Below, piece by piece: positions 1 through 8,617 of a stretch of DNA of 45,319 bases. A model generated the notes under the pieces. The model was given only the letters and a program-made list of their open reading frames with translations, was not told where the DNA came from and ran no database searches. Source of the stretch: an uncultured Gammaproteobacteria bacterium (GTDB taxonomy: Bacteria; Patescibacteriota; Microgenomatia; Levybacterales; UBA12049); NCBI GenBank assembly GCA_964364105.1, contig CAYILI010000002.1, positions 1 through 45,319 of the forward strand, given 5' to 3'. Every line of letters begins with the position of its first letter. Positions within the stretch are counted from its first letter, which is position 1. The translations under genes and the position numbers were made by a program.

Positions 1-56
1 ATTTTTGTATAAACACGAACTGTGTCTCCAACTCTGAAATCAATAGTTGTAATCAT
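1..56 (-). CDS. Partial CDS (first 18 codons, runs off window); possibly ribosomal protein L19-like
   Basis: ATG at 56..54 on the minus strand, reading MITTIDFRVGDTVRVYTK. FRxGDTVxV resembles the L19 N-terminal motif. Too short to be sure. Confidence 0.25.
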   Translation of the reverse strand, partial: MITTIDFRVGDTVRVYTK

Positions 57-81
57 AGGTGTCTATTATAGCCTGAAACTT

Positions 82-1791
82 CTATTTTTTCAATCTGCTT
101 ACTGCGTCAATAAATCCCAGGAATAACGGGTGGGGTCTTAGAGGTCGGCTTTTGTATTCGGGATGACCCTGTGTACCCATGTAAAACGGATGCTGAGAAG
201 AAGGTAATTCAATAATTTCTACCAAACCTTCCTCAACCGATCTTGCTGAAATAACAAATCCTTTTTCTTCAAACTTTTCTAAATAATCATTATTAAATTC
301 AAATCTATGTCTATGACGCTCTGATGTCAAACCTTTTGATTTATCAATAAAGTCGTCATATTTGTCATAAAGTCCATATGCCTTTGTACCGGACTTAACA
401 GTTGCCTGCCAAGATCCTAATCTCATTGTGCCGCCGTAAGCCCTTCGCTCCATGATTTCTTTTTGTTTTGGCATAAGATGAATCACTAAGTTTGATCCTT
501 TTTCATCATTTTCCTCAGTATTTGCATCTTTTATGCCCAACACATCTCTTGCGTATGAAATTACCGCCAGCTGCATACCATAGCAGAGTCCAAGATATGG
601 AATTTTTTTATCCCTTGCATATCCGGCAGTTTTTATCATGCCTTCTGCGCCTCTTAAACCCCAGCCGATTGGTACAATAATACCATCCGGATTTCCGATC
701 AGCTTTTCTAAATCTGCATTATCTTCCGCTTTTTGCGCATCTATCCAATGAGTTTTTACAGGTACTCCAAGCTCATATGAGGCGTGATCTATTGCATCAA
801 AAAGCGCAGCGTAGCTATCTCTCAGCTGATAATCACCTGTTCCAAAATATTTACCGATTATTGCAACTTCTACGTGGTCTTTCTTTTCTTTAACAGCTTT
901 AACTTTTTCAACAAATTTTTTCCAATCTGAAAGATTTGATTCACGGACCGTAAGATTTAAGCTCTCAAGAATTTTCTTTCCTAACCCTTGCTCCTGCAAA
1001 ATTAGAGGAACTTGATATACGGACGGGAGATCAGGACTGGAAATAACCTTTTCAGGGCTTACATTACAAAATAGAGCAAGGCGGTCCCGTCTTCTCTGAT
1101 CTAAAAACTTTTCAGATCTGCAAATTATAAAATCTGGCTGAATTCCTAAAGAATTAAGAGTTCTTACAGATAGTTGTGTAGGCTTGGTTTTAGGCTCTCC
1201 TAAATGTGCGGGGGTCGGAACATAGCTTACATGAACATGAATCACGTCTCCCGGATTTTGTAATGTCATAATCCTGCTTGCTTCGTAGTAGAAAACGTTT
1301 TGATATTCCCCTGCGGTCCCTCCAAGTTCAATAATTACAATATCAGCATCTTTTTTTTCAGCTAAACTTTTAATCCTCCGGGTAATCTCATCAGTTATAT
1401 GGGGTATTGCTTCTACGTCTTCCCCGTCATATTCAAATCTTCTTTCTTTGTCAATTACAGTTGAGTAAATATTCCCCATTGTGACAAAGTTGTCTTTACC
1501 CATATCTTCATTTAGAAATTTTTCATAAGTTCCTATGTCCATGTCTGCTTCAGTTCCGTCTTCGCAAAGAAATGTATCACCGTGTTCAATGGGGTTAATT
1601 GTACCTGCGTCAAGATTGAGATAATTTTCAAATTTTAAAGGAGAAACGTTGTATCCTGCAGATTTGAGTATGAGAGAGAGGGATGCTGAGGTGATGCCTT
1701 TTCCGATACCGGAGATGACTCCGCCGGAGACAAAAATGTATTTTACCCTTTTATTTTTGTTATTACTATCGGGCACGATTAATACTATCAA
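82..1791 (-). CDS. pyrG: CTP synthase
   Basis: 569-aa ORF. N-terminal synthetase domain (KYIFVSGGVISGIGKG) and C-terminal glutamine amidotransferase domain (GLCYGMQ, HRHRFEFN). Confidence 0.95.
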   Translation of the reverse strand: MIVLIVPDSNNKNKRVKYIFVSGGVISGIGKGITSASLSLILKSAGYNVSPLKFENYLNLDAGTINPIEHGDTFLCEDGTEADMDIGTYEKFLNEDMGKDNFVTMGNIYSTVIDKERRFEYDGEDVEAIPHITDEITRRIKSLAEKKDADIVIIELGGTAGEYQNVFYYEASRIMTLQNPGDVIHVHVSYVPTPAHLGEPKTKPTQLSVRTLNSLGIQPDFIICRSEKFLDQRRRDRLALFCNVSPEKVISSPDLPSVYQVPLILQEQGLGKKILESLNLTVRESNLSDWKKFVEKVKAVKEKKDHVEVAIIGKYFGTGDYQLRDSYAALFDAIDHASYELGVPVKTHWIDAQKAEDNADLEKLIGNPDGIIVPIGWGLRGAEGMIKTAGYARDKKIPYLGLCYGMQLAVISYARDVLGIKDANTEENDEKGSNLVIHLMPKQKEIMERRAYGGTMRLGSWQATVKSGTKAYGLYDKYDDFIDKSKGLTSERHRHRFEFNNDYLEKFEEKGFVISARSVEEGLVEIIELPSSQHPFYMGTQGHPEYKSRPLRPHPLFLGFIDAVSRLKK

Positions 1792-1825
1792 ATTCCGTGC
1801 TTGTAGTCAAATTCAGTCGATCCCG

Positions 1826-1834
1826 TGTTATAAT
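1826..1834 (+). promoter_or_regulatory. Candidate extended -10 promoter element for tRNA-Gly
   Basis: TGtTATAAT at 1826..1834, ending 10 nt before the tRNA 5' end. No clear -35. Confidence 0.35.
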
Positions 1835-1843
1835 TTTAACATT

Positions 1844-1914
1844 GCGGGATTGGTTCAGTGGTAGAATATTTCCTTCCCAAGGAAGAGACGCGAGTTCGAT
1901 TCTCGTATCCCGCT
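1844..1914 (+). tRNA. tRNA-Gly (anticodon CCC)
   Basis: Hand-folded cloverleaf: acceptor GCGGGAT/ATCCCGC, D arm GTTCAGTGGTAGAAT, anticodon stem TTTCC/GGAAG with loop TTCCCAA, T arm GCGAG-TTCGATT-CTCGT. No encoded CCA. Confidence 0.85.
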
Positions 1915-1918
1915 CAAG

Positions 1919-2356
1919 CTATTGCGCTTTTGGGATTATGAGCTTCATACCTGGAGCAATATTATCAGGATTATTTTCTAAACCATTTGCTTTTGCTATA
2001 TCGATCCATCTAAATCCATCGCCGTAAAACTTAACTGCTACATCCCAAAGTCCTTCTCCTTCTTGAAGCGTATAGGTCATTTCATTAACTGGAGCTTCAA
2101 GTTGTGGAATATCCTTTTCGCTAATCGTTGGCGTTGTTCCCTCAAGACCACTTTCTTTAATGAATAAGAAAAATACTACTGAAATTCCAAGAACGACGAC
2201 TGCCCCTAAGATTAATGAAATATAAGATTCACCTAGTTTTAGCTGTGAGGAAATATCTTTTGCGAATTTATTTTGAGAAGTTCTGACTTCTATTTTTTCA
2301 GAAGCCTTAAGATTTTTTCTGGAAACTTTTTTTGTAGATCTTTTTTTTATTACCAT
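1919..2356 (-). CDS. Membrane-anchored LysM domain protein
   Basis: 145 aa with one TM helix (ISLILGAVVVLGISVVFFLFI) and a C-terminal LysM-like motif (YTLQEGEGLWDVAVKFYGDGFRWIDIAKANGL..PGMKLIIP). Confidence 0.8.
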   Translation of the reverse strand: MVIKKRSTKKVSRKNLKASEKIEVRTSQNKFAKDISSQLKLGESYISLILGAVVVLGISVVFFLFIKESGLEGTTPTISEKDIPQLEAPVNEMTYTLQEGEGLWDVAVKFYGDGFRWIDIAKANGLENNPDNIAPGMKLIIPKAQ

Positions 2357-2404
2357 GATTACATTGATAATCCAAGTATATCACATTAGTCAATAGACGC
2401 CCAA

Positions 2405-2433
2405 TTGCGAGAAATTCCCTCTTCTGCTAAAAT
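2405..2433 (+). promoter_or_regulatory. Candidate sigma70-type promoter upstream of tRNA-Asp
   Basis: TTGCGA (2405..2410), 17-nt spacer, TAAAAT (2428..2433), about 45 nt upstream of the tRNA. Confidence 0.35.
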
Positions 2434-2477
2434 ACATGATCAACCATTAGCTATAAGCAATTAGCCATTAGCGAAAT

Positions 2478-2553
2478 GGGGTGGTAGCTCAGTTTTGGTT
2501 AGAGCGCTTCCCTGTCACGGAAGAGGTCGCGGGTTCGAGTCCCGTCCACCCCG
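2478..2553 (+). tRNA. tRNA-Asp (anticodon GUC)
   Basis: Acceptor GGGGTGG/CCACCCC, D arm GCTC..GAGC, anticodon stem CTTCC/GGAAG with loop CTGTCAC, T arm GCGGG-TTCGAGT-CCCGT. Confidence 0.9.
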
Positions 2554-2712
2554 CTACATTCAGCTCGCTTCGCCACAATTAGTTTACATAATTGTGGCAG
2601 GCTCGTGAACGTAGCTAGCCTCAGTTATTATAGCCATTTCCAAATACTCCACATGTTGCAGTTTGCGAGCATGAATTGTAGCCCGCAACAAATCATCTCG
2701 CACCACTCATGA

Positions 2713-3006
2713 TTGTTGTACACTAGCTTTGTGTATTATTTCTACATTCTCCGAAGTTTGAAAAACAAAAAACTTTACCTTGGCTTCACTCCAAATTTAA
2801 GAGAACGAGTTAAATCCCACAACGATGGAGAAAACAAAGCAACAAAACCATACGCTCCGTACGAATTAATCTATTATTCAGCGTTTAAAAATAAAACTGA
2901 TGCAATAAATTGCGAAAAATATTTCAAAACAACAGCTGGCTGGAAAAGATTAAATGCAATGCTTGAAAATTATCTTAATAAAAAGAAAAGTAATTTAGAA
3001 GTTTAA
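2713..3006 (+). CDS. Small GIY-YIG nuclease-family protein (UPF0213-like)
   Basis: YYFYILRS..KLYLGFT..LRERVKSHNDG matches the GIY-YIG pattern. The real start may be GTG at 2731 (VYYFYIL). Confidence 0.75.
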   Translation: MLYTSFVYYFYILRSLKNKKLYLGFTPNLRERVKSHNDGENKATKPYAPYELIYYSAFKNKTDAINCEKYFKTTAGWKRLNAMLENYLNKKKSNLEV

Positions 3007-3036
3007 CTTAATTTAATTTGGTGGTATTATCTTTTT

Positions 3037-4797
3037 GTGACTAATAAAGAAATTGCGCAGCTTTTCAGAGACGTAGCCGCTTCTTACTCCATAAAAAATG
3101 AGGCAAAATTCCGCTTCCAAATGCTCGCCTACATAAATGCAGCTGACGCAGTCGAAGGTCTTTCACTCCAAGTAAATGATTTATATAAGGAAGGGGAATT
3201 AGACCAAATTCCTGGAGTTGGGCCTACGATTAAACAGAGACTTGAAGAACTTCTTGAAACTGGTAAAGTAAAACACTTCGAAGAAGTAATGAGTGGAATT
3301 CCCTCGCCAGTTTTTCTACTTATGAAAGTGCCAAGTATTGGCCCTAAAAAAGCATATAGGCTTGCTACAGAATTTAAGTTAAATAAAAATGAAACTGCGA
3401 TAGAGGATTTAAAAAAGGTTGGAAAGGCTGGAGAAATTGCAAAACTTGAGGGTTTTGGAGAAAAATCTCAAGCAGACATTCTCCAAGCTTTAGAAGAATA
3501 TAAAAAAGGTTTTGGTAAAACTACTAAAATGCTCCTTCCTTATGCAGGTGAAATCGCAGGGGAAATGATTGCATATTTAAAATCAGATAAAAACGTAAAA
3601 GAAGCGATGCCCTTGGGCTCTTTGAGGCGAAGAAAGCCACTCGTTGGCGATATCGATATCGCAGTGATATCAACTAATCCTGAAAAGACAATTGATCATT
3701 TCGTAAAATACCCAAGATCTAGCCGAATAATTGAAAAGGGCCCAAGCGGCTCCTCATTACTAACCACAGGAGGCGCACAAATTGATCTTTTAGTTTTAGA
3801 GCCAGATCAATGGGGCTCACTTCTTCAACACTTTACGGGAAGCAAGGATCATAATGTTCATCTCAGAGAATATGCTCTTAAGAATGGTCTTTCTCTAAAT
3901 GAAAAAGGGATAAAGAATGTAAAAACAGAAAAGCTTGAGAAATTTTCAAAAGAAGAAGATTTTTACAAAAAACTCGGAATGGACTTCATTCCGCCAGAAA
4001 TGCGAGAGGATACGGGCGAAATAGAACTAGCATTGCAGCATAAACTACCTAAGATTATTGATGTGAAAGATATAAAAGGAGATTTCCATCTTCATTCAAG
4101 TTTTCCGGTTGAACAATCTCATGACCAGGGACAAAGTTCAATTGAAGCAATGACGCTTAAAGCGAAAGAGTTGGGATACGAATATTTAGGTTTCTCAGAA
4201 CACAATCCCAGTCAATCAAAACACACGAAGTCTCAAATTGTTAGTCTAGTTAAAAAAAGAAATGAGGAAATAGAGCGGATTTCAAAAAAACTAAAACTTC
4301 CTATTTTTAAATTAATGGAAACAGATATTTTGCCAGATGGATCCCTAGCATTGCCAGATGAAGCTCTCGAGATTCTTGATGGCTCAATCGTTTCTATTCA
4401 TAGTGTTTTTAAGATGGATAAGGACACTATGACGAAAAGAATTATAAAAGGTCTTTCACATCCGAAAGCGAAAATCCTAGCTCACCCAACTGGAAGATTA
4501 CTAAACGAGAGAAATGGTTACGAAGTAGATTTTGAAAAATTATTCAAGTTTTGCCGAGAAAATAATAAAGCACTCGAGATTAATGCATACCCAAATAGAC
4601 TAGATCTTGAAGGGCCAGTTATCAGAATGGCAATTGAAGCTGGCGTTAAGCTAACAATTGATACTGATTCACATGAAGTTTCTCAAATGGAATTAATGCC
4701 ATACGGAGTTTTTCAGGCGAGACGAGGCTGGGCAAAAAAATCTGACATAATTAATTGCCAAAAATCAGAAGTTGTTGTAGAATGGTTTAAGTCATGA
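3037..4797 (+). CDS. polX: Family X DNA polymerase with C-terminal PHP phosphoesterase domain (PolX)
   Basis: 586 aa with HhH motifs (IPGVGPTIKQRL, VPSIGPKKAYRL), a nucleotidyltransferase motif (GSLRRRKPLVGDIDI) and PHP histidines (GDFHLHSS, FSEHN). GTG start. Confidence 0.9.
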   Translation: MTNKEIAQLFRDVAASYSIKNEAKFRFQMLAYINAADAVEGLSLQVNDLYKEGELDQIPGVGPTIKQRLEELLETGKVKHFEEVMSGIPSPVFLLMKVPSIGPKKAYRLATEFKLNKNETAIEDLKKVGKAGEIAKLEGFGEKSQADILQALEEYKKGFGKTTKMLLPYAGEIAGEMIAYLKSDKNVKEAMPLGSLRRRKPLVGDIDIAVISTNPEKTIDHFVKYPRSSRIIEKGPSGSSLLTTGGAQIDLLVLEPDQWGSLLQHFTGSKDHNVHLREYALKNGLSLNEKGIKNVKTEKLEKFSKEEDFYKKLGMDFIPPEMREDTGEIELALQHKLPKIIDVKDIKGDFHLHSSFPVEQSHDQGQSSIEAMTLKAKELGYEYLGFSEHNPSQSKHTKSQIVSLVKKRNEEIERISKKLKLPIFKLMETDILPDGSLALPDEALEILDGSIVSIHSVFKMDKDTMTKRIIKGLSHPKAKILAHPTGRLLNERNGYEVDFEKLFKFCRENNKALEINAYPNRLDLEGPVIRMAIEAGVKLTIDTDSHEVSQMELMPYGVFQARRGWAKKSDIINCQKSEVVVEWFKS

Positions 4798-5345
4798 ATA
4801 TAACAATAATTATTGCAGTAGTAATTGGAGCACTAGTTCTCTTCGGGTTGTATTTATACAACTCCCTTATCGCAGCAAAGCTCAGGGTAAATGAAGCTTT
4901 TTCTCAAATTGATGTTCAATTAAAAAGAAGAACTGATCTTATTCCTAACCTAATAGAAACAGTTAAGGGTTATGCTAAGCAGGAAAAAGACGTATTTACA
5001 AAAGTAACTGAACTTAGATCTGACCTCATGAACGCAAAAACTCCAGAAAAGAAAGCAGAAGCTAATAACATGCTTACTGACGCATTAAAATCAGTTTTCG
5101 CAGTTGCAGAAGCATATCCACAACTCAGATCAAGTGAAAATTTTAAAGCTCTCCAGGATGAACTGTCAGATACAGAAAATAAAATTGCTTACTCAAGACA
5201 GTTTTATAATTCAAATGTTTTGGACTTTAACACAAAGCTTCAAATCTTCCCAAACGTTCTTTTCGCTAAGATTTTAAATTTTAAACCTGCACAGTTCTTC
5301 GGAGCTACAGAAACCGAGCGAAAAAACGTTAAAGTGTCGTTTTAA
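4794..5345 (+). CDS. lemA: LemA family membrane protein
   Basis: N-terminal TM helix, then the LemA signature (QIDVQLKRRTDLIPNLIETVKGYAKQEK, AVAEAYPQLRSSENF, TENKIAYSRQFYN). Overlaps the polX stop by 4 nt. Confidence 0.9.
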   Translation: MNITIIIAVVIGALVLFGLYLYNSLIAAKLRVNEAFSQIDVQLKRRTDLIPNLIETVKGYAKQEKDVFTKVTELRSDLMNAKTPEKKAEANNMLTDALKSVFAVAEAYPQLRSSENFKALQDELSDTENKIAYSRQFYNSNVLDFNTKLQIFPNVLFAKILNFKPAQFFGATETERKNVKVSF

Positions 5346-5347
5346 CG

Positions 5348-5414
5348 ACATCCTGAGCTTGTCGAAGGATCCAGTAACCAACAGGAAAGATTCTTCGTTT
5401 CACTCAGAATGACA
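5348..5414. repeat. Dispersed GTCATYCTGAG..CGAAGRATC-type palindromic repeat, two inverted units
   Basis: ACATCCTGAGCTTGTCGAAGGATC (5348..5371) faces GATTCTTCGTTTCACTCAGAATGACA (5389..5414). About 17/25 positions are complementary by eye. Lies in the lemA-htpX spacer. Confidence 0.6.
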
Positions 5415-5422
5415 AACCTATT

Positions 5423-6310
5423 ATGAACATCTACGGTGCTATTTCAGCAAACAAGTGGAAAACTTGGATTATCATGTCTTTATTTGTGGTTTTTATTGCC
5501 ACATTAGTTTATGCTATGAGCAAGGCATTTGGACTTAGTGCACTTTCATTAACAGGCATTTCCCTAATAATTGCAGGCGTAATGAGTATTGGAAGTTTTT
5601 ATTACTCAGATAAACTGGTAATAGCAACATCTGGTGCAAAACAAATTAAAAAAGAAGACTATCCTAAGTTTTATAGAACTGTAGAGAACCTTGCGATAGG
5701 CGCAGGACTCCCCCTTCCAAAAATATACGTAATAAATGACCCTTCTCCTAATGCTTTTGCAACAGGCAGAGATCCAAAACATGCTGTAGTTGCAGCGAGC
5801 ACAGGACTCTTAGACATAATGACTGATACTGAACTAGAAGGAGTTATCGCGCATGAACTTTCGCATATCAAAAATTACGACATCAGACTCGCTGGAGTCA
5901 TAGCAGTTTTGGTAGGATTTGTAGCTATTCTTTCAGACCTGTTTATTAGAATGACTTTCTTTAGAGACTCTGACGACAACAAAGGAAATGCGATATTTTT
6001 AGTAATTGCTATAGTTCTTGCAATTCTTTCTCCAATCGCAGCCTCTTTAATTCATCTCGCAGTTTCCAGAAAAAGAGAATTACTAGCTGATGCTTCAGGC
6101 GTTCTTTTAACAAGATATCCCGAGGGGCTTGCTTCAGCCTTAGAAAAGCTTAAAAATGACCACACTCCTCCAAAAACAGCCAGCAATGCTACAGCACATT
6201 TATTTATAGAAAACCCATTTGATAATAAAAAGGTGAAGAACATGTTTACAGGTCTATTTAATACTCATCCACCCCTTGAGGAACGGATTAAAATTCTCCG
6301 CTCAATGTAA
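5423..6310 (+). CDS. htpX: M48 zinc metalloprotease HtpX
   Basis: HELSHIKNYD zinc motif, four TM segments, C-terminal NTHPPLEERI. Confidence 0.9.
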   Translation: MNIYGAISANKWKTWIIMSLFVVFIATLVYAMSKAFGLSALSLTGISLIIAGVMSIGSFYYSDKLVIATSGAKQIKKEDYPKFYRTVENLAIGAGLPLPKIYVINDPSPNAFATGRDPKHAVVAASTGLLDIMTDTELEGVIAHELSHIKNYDIRLAGVIAVLVGFVAILSDLFIRMTFFRDSDDNKGNAIFLVIAIVLAILSPIAASLIHLAVSRKRELLADASGVLLTRYPEGLASALEKLKNDHTPPKTASNATAHLFIENPFDNKKVKNMFTGLFNTHPPLEERIKILRSM

Positions 6311-6317
6311 TGCAGGT

Positions 6318-6400
6318 ATCCGTCTGAGCTTGTCGAAGGATCTACACATTGTCATTCTGAACTCGCTTGCAGTGAGCTTGCCGAATCTGTTTCAGAATCC
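6318..6400. repeat. Second copy of the GTCATYCTGA-type repeat family
   Basis: ATCCGTCTGAGCTTGTCGAAGGATC (6318..6342), then GTCATTCTGAAC...TTTCAGAATC (6351..6400) with ATTCTGAA/TTCAGAAT arms. Lies in the htpX-murT spacer. Confidence 0.6.
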
Positions 6401-6424
6401 CCTTCAAAATGCTAGAATCAAACT

Positions 6425-7729
6425 ATGCTCAATTTATTTCTCATTTTTTTTGGTAAAATGTTTATTAACCTTAGTCGTCTTTTAAACCTGGGAAACGGAT
6501 CCACCTGGCCAGGCCACATCGCTTTAAAACTAAATCAAAATTTTATACGGCAAATGCTAGCTTCCCACCCCAAGGGTGCAAAGCTAAAGATTGTAATTAT
6601 TGCAGGAACCAATGGTAAAACCACCACGGGAAGACTTATTACCTCAGTTATAAGAGAAGATGGAAAATCCTATCTACAGAATAAAGCTGGAGCAAATCTG
6701 CTTAACGGTCTCGCATCTACCCTTATAAAAGGCGCTAGCCTTCCAAGGCCTGGCCTTGGAAGGCTAAACGTCAATTATTTGATTTTTGAGTGTGATGAAT
6801 ACGCTTTGCCTGAAGTTATTGATCAAACAAATCCCAATTATATAATATGCCTCAATCTTTTCAGAGACCAATTAGACAGATACGGCGAGATTGATTCAAT
6901 AACAAAAAGGTGGTCCGATTCGTTCAAGAATCTAACTTCGAAGACTACGCTTATTTTAAACTCAGATGATCCTCAAGTTTCATATCTTGGCAAAAATACA
7001 AAGGCCCTCGTTAAATACTTTGGGCTCTCAGAGATCGGTGAAAAAAACACCAAACATGGCGCCGATTCAATTTATTGCCCGAAATGCTCTGCAAATCTTG
7101 AATTTGAAAAAGTATTTTTTTCTCATCTTGGTATTTGGAAATGTCCAAAATGCAAGCTAAAACGCCCCACCCCGGATCATGACAAATCAAATACCTATCC
7201 CCTCCCGGGAACATATAATAAATATAATACGATCGCTGCATCTTTAGTTTTAAGTCTTGAAGAATTAAAAGAAGAAGTAATAAGAGACGCATTTAATAGG
7301 TTTTCTCCAGCTTTTGGAAGAGGTGAAAAAATAATTTATAAAGGAAAACATATCCAAATTTTTCTATCTAAAAATCCTACTAGTTTTAACGAATCATTAA
7401 GCACGGTTAAAGAGCTTGGAGGGAAAAATCTTGTAATTCTTTTAAACGATAAGATCCCAGATGGGCTTGATGTGAGCTGGATTTGGGATATAAATTTCGA
7501 AGAAATTTTAGAAAAAGATATGAATATTGGAATTTCAGGTGACAGAACTTATGACATGGCTGTGAGACTTAAATATGCGGGATTTTTTGCTCATCATAAT
7601 GAAAACGCTGAAACAATAATTGATAAGATGCTCGACTCCTTAGAAGCAGATGAAACTCTCTACTTCTTGCCAAACTATTCAGCTATGCTTGATATTAGAA
7701 AATTATTAACAGGTAGAAAAATACTATGA
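6425..7729 (+). CDS. murT: Mur-ligase-family protein MurT (lipid II isoglutaminyl synthase, ligase subunit)
   Basis: P-loop IAGTNGKTTT, LFRDQLDRYGEID, a Cys4 ribbon (CPKC...CPKC), and C-terminal DVSWIWDINFE / LPNYSAMLDIRK as in MurT. The start may lie a few codons downstream. Confidence 0.8.
   Translation: MLNLFLIFFGKMFINLSRLLNLGNGSTWPGHIALKLNQNFIRQMLASHPKGAKLKIVIIAGTNGKTTTGRLITSVIREDGKSYLQNKAGANLLNGLASTLIKGASLPRPGLGRLNVNYLIFECDEYALPEVIDQTNPNYIICLNLFRDQLDRYGEIDSITKRWSDSFKNLTSKTTLILNSDDPQVSYLGKNTKALVKYFGLSEIGEKNTKHGADSIYCPKCSANLEFEKVFFSHLGIWKCPKCKLKRPTPDHDKSNTYPLPGTYNKYNTIAASLVLSLEELKEEVIRDAFNRFSPAFGRGEKIIYKGKHIQIFLSKNPTSFNESLSTVKELGGKNLVILLNDKIPDGLDVSWIWDINFEEILEKDMNIGISGDRTYDMAVRLKYAGFFAHHNENAETIIDKMLDSLEADETLYFLPNYSAMLDIRKLLTGRKIL
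6562..6586 (-). repeat. Inverted copy of the RAYT-flanking REP-like repeat, inside the murT coding sequence
   Basis: TTCCCACCCCAAGGGTGCAAAGCTA contains CCACCCCAAGGGTG, the exact 14-nt reverse complement of the core at 16375..16388 and 17083..17096. Flanks are also similar. Confidence 0.6.
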
Positions 7730-8457
7730 AACAAAAATTAACTATCGGCTGGTTATATCCAGAACTCATGAATATCTACGGAGACAGAGGAAATATTACT
7801 ACTCTAATAAAACGCTGTGAGTGGCGAGGAATAAAAGCAGAGGTTGTCGAATTAAACCCAGGGTTTGACCATAAGCAATTAGCCATGTGCCATTTGCTAG
7901 TTATGGGAGGAGCACAGGACAAACAGCAGTCAATTGTTAACGAAGACTTGAGACGCCATCATAAAGTTCTTTCTGAAATGATTGACAATGGCACACCAGG
8001 GCTTTTTGTTTGCGGAGGATTTCAGTTCTTAGGAAATTATTATAAAGAAGCAGATGGAACTATTATTGATGGTTTGGGAATATTTGATTTAAATACCCAG
8101 AATCCTGGAGAAAATGAAGAGAGACTTATTGGAAATATAGCGATAAAACCAAACATTGACGGAATCGACAAACCAATTGTTGGTTTTGAAAATCACGGCG
8201 GCAGAACTATACTTGGTGCTAACGTAAAACCTTTGGGAACGGTAATCAAAGGCCATGGAAATAATGATGACGGGACAGAAGGGGCTATTTACAAAAATAG
8301 TTTTGGAACATATCTACATGGACCAATTCTTCCTAAAAATCCACATTTCACAGATCACATATTAAAGCTTGCTCTTAAGACAGACGAACTTGACCCTCTT
8401 GACGACAATATTGAAAACCAGGCCCACTCCCACGTCTTAAAAATCCTCGGTGTCTGA
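7726..8457 (+). CDS. gatD: CobQ/GATase-like glutaminase GatD (partner of MurT)
   Basis: LYPELMNIYGDRGN, VCGGFQFLG (nucleophile Cys), GFENHGGRT, GTYLHGPILPKN. Overlaps the murT stop by 4 nt (ATGA). Confidence 0.8.
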   Translation: MKQKLTIGWLYPELMNIYGDRGNITTLIKRCEWRGIKAEVVELNPGFDHKQLAMCHLLVMGGAQDKQQSIVNEDLRRHHKVLSEMIDNGTPGLFVCGGFQFLGNYYKEADGTIIDGLGIFDLNTQNPGENEERLIGNIAIKPNIDGIDKPIVGFENHGGRTILGANVKPLGTVIKGHGNNDDGTEGAIYKNSFGTYLHGPILPKNPHFTDHILKLALKTDELDPLDDNIENQAHSHVLKILGV

Positions 8458-8537
8458 TATATCGATGTATCGATATATGATGCAATAATTGCGTTTGTTG
8501 AATAGGAAGAGCTCTTAGAATATAATTAAGCTCATGA

Positions 8538-8617
8538 ATCCCGTTAGAAAAATTTATTACTGTCAATACAATTTAAATTTAAGACTGCAAGCTGTGAAGG
8601 AGGATTTCTAACGGGAT
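8538..8617 (+). promoter_or_regulatory. Perfect 13-bp inverted repeat in the gatC leader, occluding the start codon
   Basis: ATCCCGTTAGAAA (8538..8550) is complementary to TTTCTAACGGGAT (8605..8617). The 3' arm abuts the SD GAAGGAGGA (8596..8604) and covers the A and T of the ATG at 8616. Confidence 0.45.

Noticed and set aside
2444-2472. ATTAGC / CCATTAGC short direct repeats in the tRNA-Asp leader, with a similar AGCTGTAAGCTAATAGC near 20672.
   Set aside because: These are very short, AT-rich motifs. The similarity (about 14/17) could be chance, and no structure or function can be argued from this window alone.
8457-8478. Palindrome ATATATCGAT-GT-ATCGATATAT immediately after gatD, as an intrinsic terminator.
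   Set aside because: The stem is AT-rich with a 2-nt loop and no downstream T-tract. It is weak as a terminator and not reported as a feature.
8375-8566. 63-aa minus-strand ORF in the gatD-gatC spacer.
   Set aside because: It overlaps the 3' end of gatD on the opposite strand and has no recognisable motif or SD. The spacer is better explained by the leader inverted repeat.
8458-8615. T-box or other known riboswitch in the gatC leader.
   Set aside because: No T-box consensus, specifier-loop architecture or other riboswitch core that I recognise. Only the long-range inverted repeat is supported.
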